NCBI GenBank assembly: GCA_038886535.1
Contig: JAVZXS010000015.1
Span: 1 to 11,501, forward strand
Source: Candidatus Micrarchaeia archaeon
Lineage (GTDB): Archaea > Micrarchaeota > Micrarchaeia > CABMEP01
Length of the DNA stretch: 11,501 nt
Direction of reading: 5' to 3'
The position numbers and the translations under genes are program-made. The notes beneath the pieces were generated by a model. It did not search any database, was not told where the DNA came from, and saw nothing but the letters and a program-made list of their open reading frames with translations. Positions 1 through 7,700 of the stretch are shown in pieces (within the stretch, counting starts at the first letter, position 1; every line of letters starts with the position of its first letter).

Positions 1-143
1 ACTACGGATTTTAATCCGTAGATGAATTGAGGTATAGAGTCTATTAGAGGCTATACAGAGATATATAGAGGAACAGAAGGGCAGATGACAAGTCACTACG
101 ATGAAACAGGACGCTCACGAATTTATTTGTGAGAGGATGTCAC
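1..143 (+). mobile_element. Non-autonomous IS200/IS605-family miniature element (PATE-like); left end probably cut by the window edge
   Basis: Two hairpins with the same TTTA loop: CTACGGAT-TTTA-ATCCGTAG (2-21) followed by ATGAATTGA, and CTCACGAA-TTTA-TTTGTGAG (114-133). The second is preceded by GACG and followed by AGGATGTCAC, ending in TCAC (140-143), which is the layout of IS605/IS1341 right ends. No ORF lies between the hairpins. Confidence 0.65.
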
Positions 144-186
144 TGTATTAAAAATGGCATTTCCATTGAAAAAGAAAGGAGAATAA

Positions 187-846
187 ATGGAAATTAAAAG
201 GGCAGTCATTTATTTTGATGGTGCTTGTCTTCCACATAATCCCGGAGGAATTGCTACTTATGGATTTGTGGTCAAAAATACAAGTGGAGATACTGTTTTT
301 CGTGGCAAAGGAGTTGCTGCAGAGCAGGGAACAAATAACATTGCAGAGTATACAGGTTTAATTGAGGCGTTGAAGAAGGCTAAAGAAATGGGGATAGAGC
401 AGGTAAAAATCTATGGCGATAGCATGCTTGTTGTAAATCAAATTAATGGAGTTTACGGAGTAAGAAGTAAAAACATTTATTCTCTATACGAGACAGCTAA
501 AAAACTTCTATCACAATTTTCTGATTGGAAAATACAGTGGGTAGCAAGAAAAAATAATAAAGAAGCAGATAAACTTTCTACTGAAGCATTTATTGAATAT
601 ATAGAAAACAAAAACAGACAAAGAATTGAAAAGTTAAGAAGAGAAATTGTTATTTTCGAAAATGGCTACTTTAAGATTAAAGATTATGTTATTTCTCTTA
701 ATCCTTTATCATGTAACTGTCAATATTTTCAAAGAATTAATTCCTCATCCTTATTGAAGAAAGACAATATAGTTGTCAAATGTAAACATATATTATATGT
801 AGAAGAATTCACTAAAAGTAGAGGAGAGAATACATGGAAAAGATAA
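187..846 (+). CDS. rnhA: Ribonuclease HI family protein with C-terminal SWIM-like zinc finger
   Basis: RNase H motifs YFDGA, TNNIAEY, GDSMLV and VARKNNKEADKL. C-terminal CNC...CKH fits the CxC-xn-CxH SWIM pattern. RBS AAGGAG at 176-181. Confidence 0.9.
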   Translation: MEIKRAVIYFDGACLPHNPGGIATYGFVVKNTSGDTVFRGKGVAAEQGTNNIAEYTGLIEALKKAKEMGIEQVKIYGDSMLVVNQINGVYGVRSKNIYSLYETAKKLLSQFSDWKIQWVARKNNKEADKLSTEAFIEYIENKNRQRIEKLRREIVIFENGYFKIKDYVISLNPLSCNCQYFQRINSSSLLKKDNIVVKCKHILYVEEFTKSRGENTWKR

Positions 847-995
847 AGAAAACAAAGAAACCTACAGAAATGAAAAGAACAAGTTATATTCTTGTGAGAC
901 TTACTGATGAGGAAAAGGAAAGGCTAAAGAAACTTGCATACTCTCAAGGGCTTGATATGTCTGAGTATGTAAGAAAAAAGGTTTTTGATTTGTAA
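834..995 (+). CDS. 53-aa ribbon-helix-helix DNA-binding protein (CopG/MobA/MobC-like); absent from the ORF track
   Basis: Manual translation: MEKIKKTKKPTEMKRTSYILVRLTDEEKERLKKLAYSQGLDMSEYVRKKVFDL. The pattern VRLTDEEK..L...A...GL.MSEYVR is typical of RHH proteins. RBS GAGGAG at 821-826. Overlaps the rnhA stop. Confidence 0.85.
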   Translation: MEKIKKTKKPTEMKRTSYILVRLTDEEKERLKKLAYSQGLDMSEYVRKKVFDL

Positions 996-1202
996 AAAAA
1001 ATATATCTAAAAACTCTTAATTATCAAAGATAGTTTATGGGGGAATAGAGAAATTTTTACTGCTTTCACTTATTTATTAATCTGTGGAATAATCATTTTA
1101 TTTTTTTTCACTATTAAGAATTTCAAATCTATATCCACTATTAAACTATTCACTTATTTTTTAAAGAAAAGATACAAAATTCTTTTTTATCCTTATATTG
1201 CA

Positions 1203-2078
1203 GTGGCTTTTTTATTAAATTTGATTATCTTCTTTTTTTTATTAATTAATTTATTAGGCTTTATTTTTTCTCCTGCAGGGTTACTGTCAAAATATCCAAA
1301 ATTGACTTCTGTTTATGCTTATGGCATATTGAGGGGAGAATTTTTTTATCCTGTAGAAAAAGACCAACTCTTTTATCCTTCGGTTAAGAAAAAGTATTTT
1401 TCAGTTCCAGGGCATATTCTTAAACCTTTAGTTGATAGAGAATGTATCCATGTGAGAAATCAAAAATTCAATAAAGATGCATATCACATTATAAGTGTTA
1501 GTTTTGACCCATCTAAAAGTTATTTAAATACTAAAATTAACATAATTCACTATTCTACAGAATCAATTTTGTTTTCTCTTAATTATTGTAATAATGATAT
1601 GTTTGTTAGTCCTACATATTTTTATGACATCATTTATACTAATAATGAGGTTAAAAGGCTTAATAGAGTTAAGTTATACGATAATTTCAATGCCTTTGTA
1701 TTAGTCGTTATCTTGTTAATCATTTCTAATTTTGCTAATCAAAACATAATCAACTTAACATTTTCACGTATCCATAGGTTATATAGTGATAAATTTAGGG
1801 AAAGCCATTCATCTTACTCTTATGAAAGAAAAGAAAATACAGAACAATACGATGAAGAAGAGGAATATGAATACGAAAATAACTTAATAACAAAATACTA
1901 CGAAGTGTTTGGGCTTAACGAAGGGGCAACATGGGAACAAATTAAAGCAAAATATAGAGAGTTAGTTAAAAACTATCATCCCGACAGGTTCACAGATGAA
2001 AATCAAAAAAAGCAAGCAGAAGAAAAGATGAAAGAGATAAACGAAGCCTATGATTATTTCAAGAGAAAGTTTCAATAA
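1203..2078 (+). CDS. Membrane protein with C-terminal DnaJ (J) domain; true start uncertain (frame is open from 1011)
   Basis: C-terminal YYEVFGL...IKAKYRELVKNYHPDRF...MKEINEAYDYF is a J domain with the HPD motif. Hydrophobic segments at the N-terminus and at AFVLVVILLII, plus an acidic linker. Confidence 0.8.
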   Translation: MAFLLNLIIFFFLLINLLGFIFSPAGLLSKYPKLTSVYAYGILRGEFFYPVEKDQLFYPSVKKKYFSVPGHILKPLVDRECIHVRNQKFNKDAYHIISVSFDPSKSYLNTKINIIHYSTESILFSLNYCNNDMFVSPTYFYDIIYTNNEVKRLNRVKLYDNFNAFVLVVILLIISNFANQNIINLTFSRIHRLYSDKFRESHSSYSYERKENTEQYDEEEEYEYENNLITKYYEVFGLNEGATWEQIKAKYRELVKNYHPDRFTDENQKKQAEEKMKEINEAYDYFKRKFQ

Positions 2079-2091
2079 TTCGCAACTGCTT

Positions 2092-2121
2092 TTTGATACA
2101 TTTAGGTACCCTATATATAGG
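2092..2121 (+). promoter_or_regulatory. Copy 1 of a 30-bp repeated regulatory element: TTGATA -35-like hexamer plus NrdR-box-like palindrome
   Basis: TTTGATACATTTAGGTACCCTATATATAGG is 28/30 identical to 10486-10515. Perfect palindrome CCCTATATATAGGG at 2109-2122. Core CTATATATAG fits the NrdR-box core CwAtATaTwG. Intergenic, upstream of the RBS at about 2139-2144. Confidence 0.6.
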
Positions 2122-2149
2122 GAAGCAAAAAACTAATAAGGAGGTATTT

Positions 2150-2416
2150 TTGGCAGACAAACTTTTCACAATAGCCTGCGTTGTAGCACGTTATTTTGAT
2201 GTTGAGGAACCTGATGTTAATGCAGACACCCAAGAACTAGCCATGTTTATTAAGAATGCACTAAAAGGGAAACTTCCTGAATCAAAACACTGCGTTCAAT
2301 GTGGTGGAATTCTTGTAAAAAGAATAACAGGTGGAGCAGAAAGATACCACTGCAAAAACTGTTTTTCTGTTTTTGATATTAAAACCTATAAAAAGAAAAG
2401 GAGACTGTATGCCTAA
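2150..2416 (+). CDS. Small zinc-ribbon protein (88 aa, TTG start)
   Basis: CVQC...CKNC four-Cys ribbon. AAGGAGGT lies just upstream of the in-frame TTG at 2150, a better start than 2093. The 3' end overlaps the topB start. Confidence 0.75.
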   Translation: MADKLFTIACVVARYFDVEEPDVNADTQELAMFIKNALKGKLPESKHCVQCGGILVKRITGGAERYHCKNCFSVFDIKTYKKKRRLYA

Positions 2417-4400
2417 ACAACTAATTTTATGTGAGAAACCCTCAGTAGGGATGGACTTTGCAAAAGGACTTGGAAACAACTTTACTCAAAAAGATGGTTT
2501 TCTTGAAAACAGTAACTATATAATTACATGGGCACATGGACATTTGTGTGAACTTAAAACTCCTGAAGAATACAATCCTGAATTGAAAAAGTGGAGTATT
2601 GATACCTTACCAGTTTTTCCTGAAAAATTTGAATACAAAATTATTAAAGAAGGAGCAAAACAGTTTAAAGTTATTAAAGATTTAATACACAGACAAGATG
2701 TATCAAGTATAGTAATAGCAACAGACTGTGGAAGAGAAGGAGAATTAATTGCAAGGTTAATCTTATTGCTTTCAGGTAATAAAAAACCAACTTATCGTTT
2801 TTGGACTTCAAAAGCACTTACCCCAGAAGTAGTGCAAAGAGAAATAAAAAATCTAAAACCTGCGAAAGAGTTTGACCGACTTTATCAGTCCGCACTGGCA
2901 AGACAGTGGGCAGACTGGCTTGTAGGAATAAATGCTACAAGAGCAGTAACTATAAAAAACAACGGAGAACTATTTAGTGTAGGAAGGGTTCAAACTGCAG
3001 TTTTATCGCTTATAGTAAACAGAGAAAAAGAGATTAAAGAATTCAAACCACAAACATTCTACAACGTAGTTGCAGAGTTTGAAAAAGGTAAAGATTCTTA
3101 CAAAGGTATTTACTTCAAAATAAAAAAAGATGAAATAGAAGTTGATGAAGTTGAGCAGGAAGGAGATGAAAAGCAAGAGGAAAGCATAAATTCCAAGTAT
3201 GCAATACTTAAGAAAGAGGAAGCAGAAAAAATAGCAGGTGAAGTTTCAGGTAAAAAAGGCGTAATAAAGAGTATACAAAGCAAAATATCCTCAGAAAAAC
3301 CACCACTTCTTTTCTCACTTACTACGCTACAACAGGAAGCAAACAAAAAGTTCGGCTATTCTGCGGATAAAACTCTCAACATAGCACAATCTCTTTATGA
3401 AAAACACTTAATATCATATCCAAGAACAGAGTCTCAGCATCTTGACCCAGGCTATGTAGCAGAGGTTAAGAAAATTGTAACTTTGTTATCAAAAGCAAAT
3501 GTAATAAGTTTTGATATAAACAAGTGTAATATTAATGCAGGTAATAAAAGAGTATTTGATTTAAGTAAACTTACAGACCACCACGCACTTATACCTCAGC
3601 AGGCACCTAAAGGTGCACTTACTGAAGACGAAAAGAAAATATACGAACTCATTTGCAAAAGATTTATCTCTGCTTTTTATCCTGACTGCAAATACAAAAA
3701 CACAACAGTTATAACAGAAGTAGCAGGCTATTTATTTGAAACAAAAGGTAAACAGTTAGTTGATGCTGGATGGCGTGAGATATATGGTGGGCTTACTCAG
3801 GATATTATACTTCCTGCAACCATTCTTGAAAAGGATGCGGTAAACACAAAAAAAGCAGAAGCAGTTCAGAAGCAAACTCAACCACCGCCAAGATACAATG
3901 ACGCTAGTTTGCTTAACATAATGGCTAATGCTCACAAAGTAGTGCAAAACCCTGAACTTAAGAAAATACTTAAAGAAAATGCAGGCATAGGAACACCTGC
4001 AACAAGAGCACAAATATTAAAGGTTCTGCAGGATAGAAAATATGTTTACAAGCAAGGGAAACAGTTTGTTCCTACAGAAAAGGGAATGTTTCTTATAGAG
4101 ATGCTTAAGAATGAAAAGGTTGCTTCTCCTGAATATACAGCAGTGTGGGAGCAGGAACTTGAAAAAATTGCAAAAGGAGAAAGTAAGGATGTAGAAGTGT
4201 TTTTAAACTCAATTAAGCAGTATGTAGTTAATTTTATTGAAACAACTAAAAGAGCAAATACAGTATGGCAAAGGAAAGATTATGGTGGTGGAAAATTCAC
4301 AAAATCATATACAAACAAATATCAAAAAGCAGGGAAAACCTATAAGTCAAAAGTAAAAACTTATGGGAAGACAAAAAAAATCAATACATTTAAGAAATAA
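2409..4400 (+). CDS. topB: DNA topoisomerase III (type IA), 663 aa
   Basis: TOPRIM motifs LCEKPS, GHL and ATDCGREGE, plus ADWLVGINATR, SVGRVQT, catalytic ISYPRT, DHHA and GIGTPATRA. ATG 2409 follows AGGAG; the track's 2331 start is an over-extension. Confidence 0.95.
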   Translation: MPKQLILCEKPSVGMDFAKGLGNNFTQKDGFLENSNYIITWAHGHLCELKTPEEYNPELKKWSIDTLPVFPEKFEYKIIKEGAKQFKVIKDLIHRQDVSSIVIATDCGREGELIARLILLLSGNKKPTYRFWTSKALTPEVVQREIKNLKPAKEFDRLYQSALARQWADWLVGINATRAVTIKNNGELFSVGRVQTAVLSLIVNREKEIKEFKPQTFYNVVAEFEKGKDSYKGIYFKIKKDEIEVDEVEQEGDEKQEESINSKYAILKKEEAEKIAGEVSGKKGVIKSIQSKISSEKPPLLFSLTTLQQEANKKFGYSADKTLNIAQSLYEKHLISYPRTESQHLDPGYVAEVKKIVTLLSKANVISFDINKCNINAGNKRVFDLSKLTDHHALIPQQAPKGALTEDEKKIYELICKRFISAFYPDCKYKNTTVITEVAGYLFETKGKQLVDAGWREIYGGLTQDIILPATILEKDAVNTKKAEAVQKQTQPPPRYNDASLLNIMANAHKVVQNPELKKILKENAGIGTPATRAQILKVLQDRKYVYKQGKQFVPTEKGMFLIEMLKNEKVASPEYTAVWEQELEKIAKGESKDVEVFLNSIKQYVVNFIETTKRANTVWQRKDYGGGKFTKSYTNKYQKAGKTYKSKVKTYGKTKKINTFKK

Positions 4401-4486
4401 AAATTTCATTTGATTTTCTTTGTTACATTTAAATCCTTTTAAGTAGAAAAAATAATTCTTAAAACTTTCTCATGGAGGTTACATCC

Positions 4487-6574
4487 ATGTTTTCCCAAAT
4501 TGAAAAACGTGATGGTAGAATTGTGCCTTTTGATGCACAAAAAATAGTAAATGCCATTGCCAAGGCAGGTAAGGCAACAGGTGAGTTTGACGAAAAGGTA
4601 GCCAAGAGACTTGCAGGTAGGGTTCTTGCAGTGCTTGAGGATTTAAATGGTGATGGCACTTACATTCCGCATGTAGAGGAAGTTCAGGACATAGTAGAGG
4701 AAATTTTACTTCGCAGTCAGTATAAGAAAACTGCTAAAGCATACATAATCTACAGAGACCAACATGCAAAGATGAGAGAAATTGCTACACAAAGTGGTAT
4801 AGAATTGGTAGATGCATATCTTAGTAAAGCAGACTGGCGTGTTAATGAAAATGCTAATGTTCACTTCTCCCTTCAAGGGCTTAACAACTACATATCATCA
4901 GAAATAAGCAAATCCTACTGGTTAAATAAAATCTATCCACCTGAGATAAGAGAAGCATACAAAAATGGTGCTATGCATATTCACGACCTAAATTTACTTT
5001 CAGCCTATTGTGTCGGGTGGGATTTGCAAGACCTGTTAAGAACAGGATTTAGAGGGCTAAAGGGTAGGGTAGAATCCAATCCACCAAAGCACTTTAGGGT
5101 TGCACTTATGCAAGCAGTGAACTTCCTCTATACACTTCAGAATGAAACTGCAGGAGCATCTGCATTTTCTAACTTTGACACCCTTCTTGCACCTTTCATT
5201 GCTTATGATAATCTCACTTACAAACAAGTAAAACAATGCATGCAGGAATTCTTATTCAACATAAATGTTCCTACAAGGACTGCAGGACAAGTTCCTTTCA
5301 CCAACATAACACTTGATATAACAGTTCCACCACATCTGAAAGACCAAGCGGTAATTATTGGTGGCATACCACAAGATAGGACTTATGGGGAGTTTCAAGA
5401 ATATATGGATATGTTCAATCAAGCATTGTTTGAATGCATGATGGAAGGAGATGCCTCTGGTAGAGTGTTTTCTTTCCCCATTCCTACCGTAAATATAACT
5501 AAGGAATTTGATTGGCATAGACCTGTTGTAAAGCAGATGCTTGAGTTGACTGCAAAGTATGGAACATTTTACTTTGCAAACTTTATTAATTCAGATATGA
5601 AACCAGAGGATACCTATTCAATGTGCTGCAGGTTAATGCTTGACAAGAAAGAACTTCAAAGAAAAGGTGGTGGTTTATTTGGTGCAAACGCCCAAACTGG
5701 CTCTATAGGAGTGGTGACTATTAATTTACCGCGCATTGGCTATTTAAGCACTTCAGAGAAAGACTATTTTGAAAGACTTGAAGCACTGATGAACCTTGCA
5801 AAAAATTCTCTTGAAATAAAGAGAAAAGTTATTGAAAGATTTACAGAAACAGGACTATATCCTTATGCAAAATTCTATTTAAGAAGTGTTAAGGAAAAAA
5901 CAGGTAAGTATTGGAGCAATCACTTCTCTACAATTGGTATTATTGGCATGAATGAATCCATTGCAAATGCAAAATGGCTTGGTGAACCAGGAATATGGAC
6001 AAAGGGTGGTAAAGAGTTTGCACTCAAAGTGCTTGATTTTATGAGAGAGAAACTCATTCAGTATCAAGAGGAAACAGGTAATCTCTATAATCTTGAAGCA
6101 ACACCAGCAGAGGGAACTTCATACAGATTTGCAAAGATAGATAAACAGCATTTCCCTGATATAATTACTCAAGGAAATGAAGAACCTTACTATACAAACT
6201 CCACATGGTTACCTGTTGGGTTTACTGAATCAATTCATTACATACTTGACCATCAGGATGAACTGCAGAGCAAATACACAGGTGGCACAGTGCAACACAT
6301 ATTTTTAGGTGAAAGCCCTGACCCTGAAAAACTTGGTAACTTTATTATGAGTGTATTTACTAAGTATAGACTTCCCTACATTAGCATAACACCAACTTTT
6401 AGTGTGTGTGAGAAGCACGGATATATTGAAGGAGAGCATTCTGTTTGTCCAAAATGTGGAGCAGAGTGTGAAATTTATTCTCGTGTTGTTGGATACCTTA
6501 GACCAGTAAATTATTGGAATAACGGTAAAAAAGAGGAATTTAAAGATAGAAAATATATCAATTTATCTCAATAA
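4487..6574 (+). CDS. nrdD: Anaerobic (class III) ribonucleoside-triphosphate reductase with N-terminal ATP cone
   Basis: ATP cone IEKRDGRIVPFD...VEEVQD, then HIHDL, AYC, finger loop SMCCRL, EATPAEG, Zn site CEKH...CPKC and glycyl-radical loop YSRVVGY. ATG 4487 follows GGAGG at 4474-4478. Confidence 0.96.
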   Translation: MFSQIEKRDGRIVPFDAQKIVNAIAKAGKATGEFDEKVAKRLAGRVLAVLEDLNGDGTYIPHVEEVQDIVEEILLRSQYKKTAKAYIIYRDQHAKMREIATQSGIELVDAYLSKADWRVNENANVHFSLQGLNNYISSEISKSYWLNKIYPPEIREAYKNGAMHIHDLNLLSAYCVGWDLQDLLRTGFRGLKGRVESNPPKHFRVALMQAVNFLYTLQNETAGASAFSNFDTLLAPFIAYDNLTYKQVKQCMQEFLFNINVPTRTAGQVPFTNITLDITVPPHLKDQAVIIGGIPQDRTYGEFQEYMDMFNQALFECMMEGDASGRVFSFPIPTVNITKEFDWHRPVVKQMLELTAKYGTFYFANFINSDMKPEDTYSMCCRLMLDKKELQRKGGGLFGANAQTGSIGVVTINLPRIGYLSTSEKDYFERLEALMNLAKNSLEIKRKVIERFTETGLYPYAKFYLRSVKEKTGKYWSNHFSTIGIIGMNESIANAKWLGEPGIWTKGGKEFALKVLDFMREKLIQYQEETGNLYNLEATPAEGTSYRFAKIDKQHFPDIITQGNEEPYYTNSTWLPVGFTESIHYILDHQDELQSKYTGGTVQHIFLGESPDPEKLGNFIMSVFTKYRLPYISITPTFSVCEKHGYIEGEHSVCPKCGAECEIYSRVVGYLRPVNYWNNGKKEEFKDRKYINLSQ

Positions 6575-6641
6575 ACCAGAAGACTACCACATATAGAAGA
6601 GGTAGATGAAAAAACATTTGAAATAAAAAAGGGGCAAAAAT

Positions 6642-7700
6642 ATGAAAAAAACTAAAAAATTTCACATTGGATGGGGTTTTGGGAACTGTAATTTTAAATG
6701 CATCCATTGTTACAATAGTTCAAAAAAACGAAAGTATAAATATCAGTTAGATTTGTTATTGTCAACTGCACGACAATTATGTCCCATAGCAGATTCTATA
6801 AATTTTGGTTCGGGCGAATTTATCTATAACAGCCATACAATTGAATTATTAGAATTCATTCATTCTGAATTTTCTGAAGTTTCTATTGCATTAACAACCA
6901 ATGGTTCTTCAGTGTTACGATTACCTGAAGAAAAACTTTTATATTTTCATGACATAGATGTCTCTTTAGATTTTCCAACTAAAGAAAAACAAATTAATTT
7001 TAGGCAACACAGCAGTGCTTGGGATATTCCTATTAAGGCGTTACAAAAACTAAAGTCAATAGATAAAATTCCATTTACAATAGTAACTTGTGTTACTAAT
7101 ATTACTCAACCAGATGACATAAAAAGACTTTTAGAGTTGGCAAATAACTTTAATGCTTTTTTAAGAATTAGTTGGCTTAGAAAAACTGGTTATGCGTCAG
7201 ATGGTTTATATCTTAATCCAAGACATGCTTGGAATTTGTTAAACACACTAGTAGAAAATTCTTATATTGTTAACATAGACAGTGTATTTGGGGCTCCAAT
7301 GGGAATTAATGTAAATAAATGTCCTGCTGGATTAAATTCGTTAAGAATTCAGGACAATGGAGATGTAACTCCTTATACTTTTTTAAAAAGTAAAAACTGG
7401 GTAATTGGAAACATATATGAAAATTTAGATTTTTTGCAAAATATCGATGAAAGAGTAAATGAAATTTGTAGTAGAAATCTTTTTGAATGCAAAGATTGCC
7501 AATTTTTACACTTATGTCAAGGAGGATGTATTAGTAGAGCCTATTTGCATAGGGGCGATAAAAACAGAGCTGATGACTTATGTTATAAAGTAGCACAAAT
7601 TCCTCTAGATTTTATTAAAAAAATAAAAGAAAAAATAAAATTCAAAAAATACAATCTTGTTCATGGAGGATATTTATGTACAACAATAGTAACGACTTAA
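6642..7700 (+). CDS. Radical SAM enzyme with SPASM-type auxiliary Fe-S domain
   Basis: C16xxxC20xxC23 (CNFKCIHC), INFGSGE, TTNG and VSLD. C-terminal CPAG...GDVTP...IGNI...CKDCQFLHLCQGGC...DDLC. Confidence 0.9.
   Translation: MKKTKKFHIGWGFGNCNFKCIHCYNSSKKRKYKYQLDLLLSTARQLCPIADSINFGSGEFIYNSHTIELLEFIHSEFSEVSIALTTNGSSVLRLPEEKLLYFHDIDVSLDFPTKEKQINFRQHSSAWDIPIKALQKLKSIDKIPFTIVTCVTNITQPDDIKRLLELANNFNAFLRISWLRKTGYASDGLYLNPRHAWNLLNTLVENSYIVNIDSVFGAPMGINVNKCPAGLNSLRIQDNGDVTPYTFLKSKNWVIGNIYENLDFLQNIDERVNEICSRNLFECKDCQFLHLCQGGCISRAYLHRGDKNRADDLCYKVAQIPLDFIKKIKEKIKFKKYNLVHGGYLCTTIVTT

Noticed and set aside
2083..2094. Intrinsic terminator GCAACTGC-TTTTT after the J-domain gene
   Set aside because: A 3-bp stem is too weak to support the call.
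2093..4486. ORF-track starts at 2093, 2331 and 4472
   Set aside because: Downstream starts at 2150, 2409 and 4487 have well-placed RBSs; for topB and nrdD they also match the expected domain N-termini.
2282..6067. Minus-strand ORFs 2282-2479, 3110-3346, 3756-4013, 4459-4659, 5252-5518 and 5879-6067
   Set aside because: Antisense shadows of the Zn-ribbon gene, topB and nrdD with no recognisable motifs.
4487..6574. Intron or intein in nrdD
   Set aside because: Continuous ORF of normal length with normally spaced motifs.
6575..6657. Stop-codon readthrough of nrdD into TRRLPHIEEVDEK..., which resembles IPHVEEV in the ATP cone
   Set aside because: NrdD is already complete at the TAA, the similarity is only about 6 residues, and no other gene suggests recoding.
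6642..7700. Calling this gene nrdG because it follows nrdD
   Set aside because: Too long, and it has a C-terminal SPASM-type Cys array not found in NrdG activases.
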